Assembly: GCA_040954595.2 (NCBI GenBank)
Contig: CM082595.2
Coordinates: 4,201,943-4,265,942 of the forward strand
Direction: 5' to 3'
From: Balanoglossus misakiensis
Lineage: Eukaryota > Animalia > Hemichordata
Length of the DNA stretch: 64,000 nucleotides
Shown: one piece after another, positions 1 through 12,238 of the stretch
Position numbering within the stretch: the stretch's first letter is position 1
Layout of the letters: each line of letters starts with the position of its first letter
Program-made: the position numbers and the translations under genes
Notes under the pieces: generated by a model
The model's database searches: none
Seen by the model: the letters and a program-made list of their open reading frames with translations, nothing else
What the model was told of the DNA's origin: nothing

Positions 1-594
1 TCGCACTGTGAAAACCCCAGACAGTTTACTTCTACTATAGTGTTTCTACTTTTAAGGAATGGAGCTTAATCAAGTATGTCGAATATGTATCATATTAGGC
101 AAAAACGGCTATTTAATAATGTTCTTCCCATCCCCTTAAATAATTAAACAAAATTGTATCCAAAAAAGCCATTGATCTCCGTTTAAGGCACATGTACATA
201 ATTCAAACACTTACTGTCAATCAAATGAGAAACAACCTTGGGGGTAAGGTCGAGAGAAGGCATAAGATGATGTGAGCGACTTCTTCAAAGTGTGTTTCCA
301 CTGAGTGGTGTCACTGTCCTACATATTAATGGAGGCTTAATTATTGCTTATCTCTGCACTTCGATCACTGTTCATTGGAGCGATAATAGAGTGTGTTCAC
401 GTCTGTTGGCTTTTCGTCACATCGTTTTACCAGTGCTGCAGAACTGCAGTGTGTTTTGTTTTAAACAAGCGCATGCCGGTAGCATCGACCTTTTGACAGC
501 ACAAATGGATGGATGGATTGACTGACAGACAGGCAGCATGTGGGTTAATAGATAGATGGATGGATTGATGGACTTCGAGACAGCCAACTCATTT

Positions 595-641
595 CATGCA
601 TACATACATACATACATGCATACATACATACATACATACAT
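595..641. repeat. (CATA)n microsatellite
   Basis: Directly visible tetranucleotide run with catg interruptions. Confidence 0.95.
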
Positions 642-2976
642 AAAAAAGTCTAACAAACAACAGAAAAGACCATACTGGCCCTTATACTTTCATATTTCAT
701 GGCAGTAAAACATGGAGATTGCTTTTGCTCTGACATACTGATAATAATTTATTACTATAGTGCTGCAAACGTGCATGTAACCAAGTAAAAGAAAATACAT
801 AAATCTTGAAATATGGTTTTAAGAATGATCGCTCGAACACAGTCCCCTTCTGCCTACATAAATTAACCCGCACGTCCAATACGTATGCAAATAAGCCAAC
901 ATCCTAGGGATTATTTTGTATGGTGTTTCAGTGTTTGAATATATGAATTATTAGTCCTTCTTCATTAAATTAAAAAGGAAGCTTACGGGCAATAACTTAT
1001 GTAATGCGTCAGTCGCAAGACACGAGATGAGGGTATTTATTGACTGTAATTAATATAGTTCTATTTAAGACACCCTGATGACGCAAATATGAAGGAGTTC
1101 AGGTCAGGGTTGATATATCGCTTTCATGAATTGTATTATTATGCGAAAATGCATACTGAGTAAATACTTTTTGATCCCAGCGCTTTTCTACGGAGAGGAT
1201 TTAACTCTCTAAATGTTCCCTGTTGTTTGCTACTTTGAAATACACTTTGCGGTGTGGCTTTCGTCGGTTTGATCAATGGTTGTTGTGGGGTAGAATGGAC
1301 CCTGCACAGCACATGGTTTGATTTGGGCCAAATTTCATGCTTTCTGACAAGTTGGTTTGTCTGCTGCTAGTGAATTTTAAAGGCACACACCATGACCATG
1401 CATATATTACTCGTCCAGTCTATGTCACTGAATTGCGTGTTGTATGTCACTGAATTGTGCGCCTACGTCACCAAATCTTGCATTGCTACCTGCCGACGAA
1501 AAGTGTCTCAAGATGGCGACGCTCAATAAATGTTGCCACCTGAGCCAACCGCGGCAGATCTGTGAGCTGAACAGGTCCCTGCGCAGTCTGCCGTAAAGGC
1601 ATCTGTAGCATGACAAATTTCATGGGTGAACGTAGGTCACAAACTAGTATATCCCACGCATAACTGCAAACATGTCCATGATGTAGATGGATGTGAAGAA
1701 GAGACTTCATCAAGTGAAATTTATCTCGACGCAGTGACCCCGGCCTTGTAGGTCTAATTATAGCAGATCAATTTTGTTCACTATATTGATTACATTGGCA
1801 ATGATTGATGACGAGTTCATATATTCATCGGTTCAACACTGTTACTAGTATGTTCACAATGTGATTCCAAGCCCATATTATTAGCGTTTTATATTCAATT
1901 ATCAACACATACCAGGGTCATGGCGATACATGTTGTAGACAAGGTGAAGCCACTTTTGCCCACGGGCATCAAACGATCAAAGAGATCTAACATTACAAAT
2001 GACCTCCGCTATTCATTTTTTGCTGCAAACACAGTGTCACACAGGATATGAATTGGCGGTGTGATATGAATTGAGAAAGAGTAAGGCCAACACCTCTGTT
2101 GCCATAGCAACTTCTTGACTCGTTTCCATGTATTTTCCGCTGAATGGAATGCTGGGACACTGGGGTCCTGTCTCCCTGGATGAAGTGTGCACTTGTACTG
2201 TAGCAAATGTAGTGTCATTAATTGCGGCGCAATTACGGAGTCTAGTAGTTTTATCCTTAAGCGTGGAATGATACCTTAGACGTTTGTATTTCGCCCTCGC
2301 GGAAAATAATCTCCCTTTGCCATATTCAGTTTCTGACTCACGCAACGTCCAAGTTTATCTCTCAACGGGAACACCCGTCAGAGAATGTTACGTCCACTGG
2401 CGAAGCATTCCTCCATTGGAAGTAGTATCGCATTAGTATTTCAGAAATCCTTACTCGGTAAATACCTGTCGAGTACATGTTACCCGCCCTCCACTTAATT
2501 GAATTGTCGTTCCGCGTGTTCGAAAATGTCAACTATGTCGACCTTTCCAAAGTTCGCCCCCGGACATGTTTAGCGGAGATCTCTTGCCTGCAGAACATGA
2601 CCCTACGGCTAACATATACCTGCACATCTGATCTGAGTTCTGACCCTACTTGGTTTTACTTTTCGGACGTTTGCGTTGGATCTGTTTGCGAAAATATTAC
2701 TTGATGCAAGTCATGGCCACACTTGATGTGTTGTGTCCCCATCATGTGTATGTCACCGCCATCTGTTCACAGCTTATGGTGAGACAGAGGGGGTGTACTG
2801 GAAACGTCAATTCTATCCGATGTCGTGATATTGTACATACAGATGTAGTTCCTTGTCACCCCTTGTTCGCCTACGCACAGAATAACAAGTTTCTCTGCTC
2901 AAGAGAGTTGATAAAATAGTAACAGGCTCTGTGCAGTCATCTCAAGCTGCTTCTTCTCTGTGTGGTGCCTGTCGAG

Positions 2977-2993
2977 TTATGGGAGCAAATTTC
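2977..2993 (-). CDS. Candidate small gene, putative terminal coding exon (G-NLLP-stop)
   Basis: Strong acceptor tattctctcttatcag|GA. A phase-1 join to exon 4499-4712 gives G N L L P TAA. No homology recognised. Confidence 0.25.
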
Positions 2994-3893
2994 CTGATAA
3001 GAGAGAATACTATTTGGGTCATTTACGGCCACCATGTGATACCCTTTATCAGAACGTGATATGACTGTTATGTAAAGCACATCGATAATACAATTGGGAA
3101 TATTTTGTGATTATAAGATATCCACAAACATTGTATAAATAAACCGAGTATGGAACTGCATTTATTGGCAGGTTAGCAAAACTGTTTTTCAATACAACTA
3201 TTAGAATTTCACCTTTTATAAAATTAATGCCAGATTGCAATTTTTTGCACATAGGCCTTCATGTCTTTTGATAAAATGCTGAAGATCTTTCTATCACAAA
3301 GTATTTCCAGTCATTTTTAATTTAATTTTGATCCTAGTAAATCCGGAGATCTGTCACACGTCAACAATGATGGATAATTTTTGATATATCACATATTGCC
3401 ACATCCATTGTAATTTAAAATAATCATTCATATAAATTCAAATTCTCCTTAAGATTCTGCTAATCTCAGAATAAACATGGGAAGTCTAAGAAATGCTGTC
3501 ACTCATATTTATATTCATCCCAAAAGTATATTTTCTATGATTTTTAAACAGCAAAGTCCCCATGAATACGGGGGAGATTTCCTCTTAGGCCTGACCAGTT
3601 TCCTTTCCACTCCGAAGAGATCCAAATCCCATCAAACAGAAAGTAATTTGACGGCGTTTGATCACAAGGGATCGGATTTACTACAGCGGAGCACTGTCAT
3701 TATAAGAAGTAGATCGCTTCAGAATGGGAGCTGTCCAATGGCTTGCACAAGTATTCTAGGATGATGTCAGAATTAAAACGCACGCCTTGTCAAATACGTT
3801 CAGTTGTGCAATCAACAATATCATGTCGTTGAAACTTTAGGAGCATCAGTAACCGACGCGAGATTCTCCTCTTTTCGGGAAAATGTAAGGATA

Positions 3894-4010
3894 GGATGTT
3901 TTAATTGACAAATTACTTTAACCAATTAATCATAATAGCCTGTGTGACGTAGGGATGTTTTAATTGACAAATTATTTTGACCAATTAATCATAATGGCCT
4001 GTGTGACGTA
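3894..4010. repeat. Tandem duplication, two copies of a ~59-bp unit
   Basis: ggatgttttaattgacaaatta...cctgtgtgacgta occurs at 3894 and 3953 with about 3 mismatches. Confidence 0.9.
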
Positions 4011-4023
4011 AAATAAGCCTCAC

Positions 4024-4076
4024 TGTATGTATGTATGTATGTATGTATAAATGTATGTATGTATGTATGTATGTAT
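4024..4076. repeat. (TGTA)n microsatellite
   Basis: Directly visible. Confidence 0.95.
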
Positions 4077-4498
4077 ACTGCAGTGATGGAGTGGGCTGAC
4101 ATTTCTACATTCTAATGAAAAGTGACAGTGCCTTCTAATAGGAAGTAAAGATCACATTAAGCAGTGTGTTGGTTCAGCTATGCAGACTTCATTAAAGCAT
4201 GATGAATCGCTGTGGTCGATTTCATTCAGCGGCGCCGCTGTAGCTCAGGTTAAGCTTCAGATACCGACATGATTTACAAGAAAGAATTATTTAAACAAAA
4301 AAGCATGGGATAAGTCATCCAACCACCGATGCACCTTCAAATCCAAACTTTCCAACCTATACGTTTATCCAAGTGAGTTGAAAAGTAGAGCCATCTAAGT
4401 TCTAACATACGTCTATACTGATTCAATGATTGCATCAATTGTCATCAATCTCTTGACGTGTTAAAATTTCCAATATTTATTCACGTTCGTGTTATTAC

Positions 4499-4712
4499 CT
4501 TGATCTCGAGTATATTCGGATGTTGCAAATGAAGTGGGCTTTCCCGTCTGTGAAGCACCACTTATTATCGTCTGCTGACATTTGATGGATGTTTGAATGG
4601 TTGGACCAACAGAATACTCGCCGTGCGAGGTGAGGAAGGAATTCCTTACGCAGGCAACTGTTTGACGAGTTGAACACGTAAGGTTAAATGGTAAACATGA
4701 CTTGGCAACAGC
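4499..4712 (-). CDS. Candidate small gene, putative exon 2 (AVAKSCLPFNLTCSTRQTVACVRNS...EYTRDQ)
   Basis: Acceptor cttatttcaacctccag|GCT and donor CAAG|gtaata. Only the phase-0 frame is open across all 214 nt, matching the phase-0 donor at 5907. Confidence 0.4.
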
Positions 4713-5906
4713 CTGGAGGTTGAAATAAGGCGACATGAAAAGGTCTACTTAAGTGGGTGAATTCAAATGAAATGTTCTCTTGTCAATCTCGATAGATACA
4801 GAGAGTTCCCAGTGAAAACGGCTCAAGCGAACCAAATCAACCGGGTTTATATCAGTCTAAATTCAGAGCGTAGTTAAATATATCTTCTGCCTTTAAAGCG
4901 TGATTAGAACTCGCTTTATTTGCAGACTACTGCGAAAACAAACCACTAGCCAGAAGTAATCGTGTATTATGCAAGTCAAAGGTCACGGAGTATCATTTGT
5001 AGGAACGATTGACGACACAATTATCAAAATATCGTGTGCCACGGGTAGCCAATTTTCCGAGATCACGAGTCCAGCTAAAGCATATGTTTGTGTCATGGGT
5101 TCCCCGGTGTCACAGTTGCGGAATCAGGTGACCTTTGTCCCCGAAGCCAACAAATGTTATATTTGAACAAACATTCAACATATCTTGTATCAGTTCGGTT
5201 CAAAACAAAGTCTATCCCACAGCAGCAAAACAAACAAGGATTACTTTATTCGTTACTTATAAAATACACCCAATTCCGTGTATAGTTTGAAATGACAAAC
5301 AGGTTATTAATTATTCAGACACACTTTTGCAATTTTAATACATCTAATCCCCCGTGACAGAGTTAATTACTCGACAGTCGCACAAATTAATATTTAAAGT
5401 TAATTAACATTCTGGAATTATGGAGAGGGGTTGTGTGGACTTTATGAGAGTAATATTAAACCCTGGAGTCAAGCTAGTGGTGATGGAAAAGGAGACAAAC
5501 ACAATAATCACCTTGTGGTGGACGTCAAACCTGCATAATTCTGACTTATGCTACAACTTGCCTATCGCCTTTAACCAGAGGTTTTGAGTGATAAACAATT
5601 CCAGTATCACGTTTCTCGACCACTGGGGGGAATTATATAGACTAAAAATAGACGGACAGAAACAGGCCAACTCGTTCCTCGTTGTAATCGCAGTCGACAA
5701 GTGATCAGCAATATGGTCGGGCTGATTTTCGATTCAGGTTTAGTAGATGGGTCAGCAGTAGCCAGCGGCTGTGTGTGTTTTGTGCTTCATGCGTTTATCA
5801 TGCGTGCAATGGGGGTGAGATATGTGGATTTCACAACACACGCTTGCAACAAGCACACCGTCAATTACAGACCAATATTATTCAAAATATTTTTTTTTCT
5901 ACTTAC

Positions 5907-5939
5907 TGCCAGTGGTAGAATAAAATGTATGACTTTCAT
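5907..5939 (-). CDS. Candidate small gene, putative first coding exon (MKVIHFILPLA, signal-peptide-like)
   Basis: gggATG start, hydrophobic N-terminus and consensus donor GCA|gtaagt. A relatively GC/CpG-rich stretch lies upstream (~5950-6550). Confidence 0.4.
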
Positions 5940-7736
5940 CCCCAAAGGAGCCGTTTGTTGATCCTGCTGGACGCGGAGATTCCAACCTACTAGTGGTACT
6001 GCTATGGTGAACGGTGGATCACCGTGGCGAAATCTCCATGGTGCGCTCAACAGCTATTTGGGTGCGCCATATACCGATTAATACTTAACTAGCCCAGCAC
6101 TTCCGTCTGCGAGAGTATTCCACGAGCATTGCAAGCGGATGAGCAGTAGCCCACTTTTTCTTCACTTGTCTAATTTGTTGATCCGGCGCTGTGTTATCAG
6201 TAAATATAAAGCCACATTCCGTATTTCCAAAGCATGCCGTAGATACGGCGAGCGTGTTGGTATTTCCATATCACAGAGCCATACACACACGCAACGATGG
6301 CGTTTGCCCTTGGCTGACGGCTGTTAAAAATACGATGGGCTTATCGTCAACTTGTTTACGTCACTCACGCGGCTGTGTCGTTACTCTCTGTGATGTAAAC
6401 CACGGCGCTTGAACCGCATCATCGGAGCGTCTGCTGGGCTTCTCCAAAGACCCGTGTCACCGTCTGCATCTGGCGCGGTCTATTGGCAGAGGAGGGGGGA
6501 CGGTGGCGTATTGCAGCGATTATATTTGCCTAATCGTGTGGCTTTTCATTATTAAGAAGGGAAATAATGAATCCTTCTGTCGCAGGGGGGCGTATGTAAA
6601 AGGGCAGGCTTGCAACTGTATCTTTATACAGGTATGTCAGCTATGTTGGATGTGTGTGTGCATAAAATGGCATCGTCCTCCTGATTACCTGTCGGTCTGT
6701 TAGGCTGTCCGTCTGTCTGCTTCTGCCCCATGGGCATTATAGATCTGTCTTATTATTTTCCACGTAACACTGTTGTTCATGCTGGCCTTGTAGTCAGTTT
6801 GTAACTGCTCTGCAATGTCTGAGGAGGTGTTGCTGCAATGTAACCCGCGTCGACTTCCACGCGCCCCGTAATATATTTGCCAGACCGGCTATTTTTATTC
6901 GTTTGCGAGTTGTTGGGTAACAAGGCATGCAATCCAACGAACCGTTGTCGAATGTAGCACATTTGGTTAAATGAAACACCTAGATGCAAAATTACAGTCA
7001 TTCAGAATGATGACGTCATCAAAGTGACGGGTTCAGGCGTGATGAATTTTGTTTTTGTGACTGGCTGCTGTGGCATGTTGTTGGTCCTAGATCTGCCAGG
7101 AATGAAATTTACATTCTTCAACAGAGATATGCAATAAAGTTGGGAACGACATTTCAAGATACAGAAATGCACATGGCATAGGAATTCAGAAAACTGCCGA
7201 ATTCATAAATTAAGGATATCTTATTCTTTTTCTCAACACTCTGTCCATGATTATGTTTGAGAAGGTCTATAAAAAGCCATGACATTGTTTCAAATATGTT
7301 TCACATGGATAGTTTAAAGTGTTTGGAAATATCATTTTATGATGCTAACTCCTGATCATGAAATGGCACAGCTTGAAAGTGTTTGTTTTCACTGTCGCTC
7401 GTTTACGTATCAAGCATTTTTATACCATACATAATACAACAGATGATATCACAAAAGTCAAGACTAATTACTACAAAACGTTGACAACTGCCAGTGTACA
7501 TTTCGTGTGTAAATTGCAATACTAGCCAGTGAGGGCGCTCTTACATGTTGACCAGAAAGTGTTCGTATCACAAACACCTCCTGAGGGAGAGAGTTGAAGG
7601 GGACTAAACTGGTATGTCAGGGGCCTGAATGTCAAATGTGTGCCTATATATTAAACTTTACTGAAACAAAAGAGAATCACATAATTTATAAACTTTATTT
7701 TTACCCTGTCTTTTCATTTACCTATATACATACCAC

Positions 7737-7739
<3 letters not shown>

Positions 7740-7778
<39 letters not shown>

Positions 7779-7810
7779 TACATACATACATACATACATA
7801 CATACATACA
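7740..7810. repeat. Compound (CA)n(TACA)n microsatellite
   Basis: Directly visible. Confidence 0.95.
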
Positions 7811-8355
7811 AATACAAGAATTCTTGTAAAATTCTACAAAATATTTAATCAGTATTGCAGAATATAGTTGAATGACAGGTGTAAATTATAAAAATTTCAT
7901 TAGAAATATTTATAAATTTGTAAAAAATAAAACTGTTTTACTGTCATTCATTACTATTTTGTGTAAATTGTATAAATATATATTTTTATCGTAAATGTAG
8001 CGTTATAATGTACATTTAAGGAAATTACAAAAAAATTATACATATGCAAAAAAATAAAAAAATAAAAGACATCAACATGAAGCAGAAAAATGTAAACAAA
8101 GTTTTAAAGCGAATTTATACAATAAATTAATTCTTACTTGTCAAATTGTAAACGTCTTCAGTGAAAAAGTAAACAATGCCGCAATAAATCTATATCTAAA
8201 TTGCATCTTCATCAACCACCAGGGAGACAAGATGCACTCAAGCTAATAAGCCGTGCCATTGGGCAATGTCTAAATTCAGGCACTCTAGGGAATCTTTCAC
8301 AGCTACCAAAGCTTCTAGCATTTAAAGTCCTTGGCTACATTTCACTACAAAATTG

Positions 8356-8538
8356 CTACGAGTCTTTCCTTTTTTTCAGTGCATCTGCAAGGTGTGAACA
8401 AGCAACTTCCAGAACTGTGACAAACTCCTGAAATGCTGTGGGTCCTTTGCTCATTAGTTTTGTAATAAATAATCTTCTCTGCTCTGAATCATTGATATAT
8501 GGATTAGTAATTTCGTTTACATCTTCCATGAGAAAGAG
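8356..8538 (-). CDS. TNFR-CARD exon 7: C-terminal part of CARD (LFLMEDVNEITNPYINDSEQRRLFITKLMSKGPTAFQEFVTVLEVACSHLADALKKRKDS*)
   Basis: Acceptor tttctctttctttcag|CTC, open frame to TAG at 8358-8356. The KGxxAFxxFxxxL...HLAxxL pattern is typical of CARD helices 5-6. Confidence 0.85.
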   Translation of the reverse strand, partial: LFLMEDVNEITNPYINDSEQRRLFITKLMSKGPTAFQEFVTVLEVACSHLADALKKRKDS

Positions 8539-8837
8539 CTGAAAGAAAGAGAAAAAAAAACATCACAGAAAATGAACTTCAATAAACTGACAAGTGTAAC
8601 TACCACTCAGGTGGCACTACATAATTGTTACCTACATGAATAATGCATTTTACATCAAGGACAATATGAAAACCCAACAAACCATAAATTTTAATAAAGC
8701 TGAGTATCTGAGCTTAACTTCGCTGTAATTATAGTTTATTTGTAACTGGATACTGAATATGGTCAAAAGAGAGTGACTTTGTCCCTTTCAAGTGACCACC
8801 TAATTTAAATATTATTAATAAATAATTAAGTCCTTAC

Positions 8838-8974
8838 TTTTGGCATTTTGTCCAGAACTGATTTAACTGGAAGGTCACTGACAAAATCTGCCATCAAGCT
8901 ACGGAGAATGTTTTTATCTTCTTCTGTCATACCAACACTTCCATTGTCTTGATTTGATGTGGCTCCACTAACAT
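8838..8974 (-). CDS. TNFR-CARD exon 6: linker and N-terminal part of CARD (..MTEEDKNILRSLMADFVSDLPVKSVLDKMPK)
   Basis: Acceptor ttcttatttgtag|AT and donor AAA|gtaagg. The MxxxDKxxLR...VxxL...VLD pattern matches CARD helices 1-2. Confidence 0.85.
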
Positions 8975-9304
8975 CTACAAATAAGAATATAAAAATTACT
9001 TATTTATGTTTTAGCATTTTTACTCAAGGTTTCATTGACAGACAACAATTTCAAATGTTGAAAATTACTTTACCCTGAAAGGCTGTGAATTACACATTCA
9101 TTTTCTTCGACATTTCAGACGCTTCGCAAATTTTTGAGAAAAAACACATAAATTACCACAAGGAGGAATACTGGTACACTGCTTTTGATACCACATGCAT
9201 CAATTCCACAGGCCTAACAGTAATAGCAAACTGGTGACCAAAAAGTGCACTGTTTCACCACAAAGATTTAACTCTTTCAACAAACTTGAAGATTTAAGTC
9301 ATAC

Positions 9305-9535
9305 CAATTGCGGGCTCGGCTCCATAAACACCAGACTCGACTGAGGAGGATCTGTTCAGATTGTTTTCATCAGACGTTGTGCTTTCTCTTCTGGATGTTG
9401 TTGTACCCGTTAAACACCCTTCATCTGGTTGACTGTCTAGCTCGACTGCACTAGAACTGTTTTCTTGATGTGATGTCATCATCGCTATGGCCTCTTCCCT
9501 GCCTGAACCCCTATCAGACTCAATGTCTTCCCTTC
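9305..9535 (-). CDS. TNFR-CARD exon 5: low-complexity cytoplasmic linker
   Basis: Acceptor ctgtacttacag|GA and donor G|gtatga. Open frame overlaps ORF 9294-9482. Confidence 0.8.
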
Positions 9536-9705
9536 CTGTAAGTACAGCAAAAAGATTTTCGCATAGTCAAACGTTTTCTCAAGGATGTGTCAGTAAGGCT
9601 AATTGAGCCCTCCTCCCCTTCTTTATTTTGAGGAAATCAATTGTAAAAACTAACTTGCAGTTAGTGTATACATGTAACCGCATAAGCATTATAAGAAATC
9701 TTTAC

Positions 9706-10002
9706 CGGCATTTCTGCAGTCTCTGAAACAACACATCCTCCTGCACTGGCAGACCATTACAATGATAAATATGACAATTGCACTTATGACAACAATTACA
9801 AGAGTAACGATGAGAGAGTTTATGATCTGCTGATGTGACGTTGGCTTTGGTGGTGGACGGACTGTTGAAACTATTTCAGTTGTTGTTGACCCTGATCTGT
9901 CATCAGGTGGAAATGAAGTACGTTCCACTGTTGGCACCTTTGTTGGCATCTGTTTTGGCAGCTGTGTTGTCTTCTGTGTTGAAGTACCGGTATATGCAGG
10001 AC
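9706..10002 (-). CDS. TNFR-CARD exon 4: Thr/Pro stalk, transmembrane helix and juxtamembrane Cys cluster
   Basis: Acceptor cttctacag|GT and donor G|gtaaag. TM segment SLIVTLVIVVISAIVIFIIVMV is followed by CQCRRMCC. Confidence 0.9.
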
Positions 10003-10384
10003 CTGTAGAAGTCCACAACAAAGAAGTGGTAAATTTGAAATCAGTTCTACTAACTTAACCCAATAATACACACAGTTTATTATTACACCATTTTGAGTTA
10101 AAAATTGTTGTAAATTATCAGCAAATTCCCCATTAATTCCCCAATTTTTTAAATCTATGAACATATTGATAATTCATTCTTAGTATGTGTGTATATGTGT
10201 GAAGCAAACCTATGGAAATTCTCTAGACAGCAGATATTTATTTTCTCTCATAATAGTCTTGAACATACTACAAATAGGCAACTGGTGATACAATTATTTT
10301 TGGTCTATCTCAAGTACCGGTCTGTTCTTCTGTAACAATATATGGTAACATTGCATGAATGATACATGTATTCACTTCACATAC

Positions 10385-10657
10385 CCTGAGAGCGAGTGGT
10401 GGGTTCAAAGGGAAATGTTGACTTCAAGCATAGTTCTCCAGTACCACTGTATTCATAACCAGGGTCACAAGCACATTGGTTGTCAGAGGTTCCGTCAGCC
10501 TCAGCTTTTACAACAATGCGTTCATGCGACTTGTTACACTGGTCGATTTGGTAACAAAATGTAGCACCACTCCAGCCATCTTGATAGAAACCATCAGGGC
10601 AAGGAACACAGACGCCGTCATCTGGTCGGTACATGCAATGTTGGTCAACCTTCTCAC
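10385..10657 (-). CDS. TNFR-CARD exon 3: TNFR cysteine-rich repeats
   Basis: CVPCPDGFYQD...C...C...TSDNQCACDPGY is a classic TNFR CRD pattern. Acceptor aag|GT and donor G|gtatgt. Confidence 0.92.
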
Positions 10658-10862
10658 CTTTAAGTGAAAAAATTAAAAGAAAGGATTATAGTAATGACTG
10701 AATACATGACAAAAACTGTTTGAAAACACATATTACAATCATTTCCATGAGATTCTGCATAGTAAAATGAAAAGTGTAATTCAGTTAAGTGACCCAATAC
10801 AATCACAAACCTCTGAAAAAATCTTAACCACACTGTCAGTTTTTTATACAATTTATTCTCAC

Positions 10863-10983
10863 CTGGCCTACACATGTTGCAGCAAATGCCATCGCTCGGA
10901 TGTGGATATTGTCTCGATGAACAAGTCACTGTGTCAGTGGGCCCAGTCTGCACAAAATCAGCCAGAAGCAACAGGTGTGTCAC
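10863..10983 (-). CDS. TNFR-CARD exon 2: end of signal peptide and CRD1 (CSSRQY..CCNMCRPG)
   Basis: CxxxQY...CCxxCxPG CRD1 motif. Acceptor atcttccag|GTG and donor G|gtgaga. Confidence 0.9.
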
Positions 10984-12238
10984 CTGGAAGATACAATACA
11001 AACTTTTATTAACGTCGACATCACAATATCTGCTTTCATATTATTTTTAGTATTCTCCTAGAGCTGGCAATTCAAAAGATCTGCTGTAAAGTTAAATTAT
11101 AGAAAAACTTACACAGACACAGCAATCAGTATGCATTTACATTTAAGCTGTATTATATGGAGGTGTCTGTTTAAGTATCGCACCACCCCAACTTTGTGAA
11201 AACTGTAGTTGTGACCTTTGAACTCTCTCCACCATGAAGGAAATCCTTTATAACATGATTAGAATTGAACGGTCAACTAGAAATGATCTTGTGCTTTATT
11301 AGTTGTTCTTTCTAACCAGTTTCAAAAATGTTCTTGAAGCTTAAGCATAACTATCTTGTGTTTCACTGCTGTGATTTCATTAATCAAGCTATTGTTTTGT
11401 TATTTTCAAGGTCGTACTGACTTCCCTGACCGGAAATGACCTGCGTGGGGGGGTCAAGCATGTAAACATAATCTTTCACAGGATGTTATTATACTGAAGA
11501 AACTGTGTATAGCGTAACTATGGCTACAAACAAACAGATCACATTAATTAGGCCTACCACGTCTTTTCTAGTTTTTAATCAGTGCTGGTAATATGGCGAT
11601 GCAGTTATAGAATATATGTAGACTAAATCTGTATTGTTTTCGTTTGATATTGTGTTTTAATCAAAACAATGCCATGATATATCACTACAGTTGAACTGTA
11701 AAATTCGATCATAGCAATACTGTGAAAACCATATGGTGCTGAAATTTATCGTTAGTAATATGGCTGCATTCAAAAAAAGGCAAACAGTGTATGAAAAGAT
11801 TGTCTGTGGCATAGTTCAACATTCTGGGTGAGTCATAGCAATGGCGTCATTGTAAACAAAGCATGCAACCACTCCCCACTGTCCTGAGATGTGAGGTACC
11901 ACATCACCCATATCTTATACCTGGTCACTGCATTCCCAAGACAGCATTTACAGTTAAATAAACGTGTATGATTTTTGGTTTAGGTAAGACATTTACAAAA
12001 GTACATGGACAGTCGACCGATCTGATATGGTGAACTAGTTGGCTGAGTATGAGTCACCACTTGTTGCTGTAAATAAATGTGGCCATGTATTTTTTTCTGG
12101 AAGAAAATGGACATGTACATGAAGCACTGATCTTATTCCCTGTTGTAGCTTTCTGGCGTCGAAATGATCTTGGTCAGACAGTGTGTGTTCCATACAAATT
12201 GGGAAAAAGTTGAGCCAGTAAGTGAGCTTCAAACTTAC

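Noticed and set aside
1500-1752. Fragments PCAVCRKG and HVHDVDGCEEETSSSEIYLDAV, reminiscent of a Gypsy gag-protease junction
   Set aside because: They are in different frames with stops, and I found no LTR, RT or protease motif. Too degenerate to support.
4227-4345. 14-bp palindrome CAGCGGCGCCGCTG followed by TAGCTCAG (tRNA A-box-like)
   Set aside because: No cloverleaf, and the nearest B-box-like sequence is imperfect and too distant.
5514-5578. Minus-strand TGGTTAAAGGCG...GCAGGTTTGAC resembling a tRNA-derived SINE head
   Set aside because: Stems do not pair and I saw no second copy.
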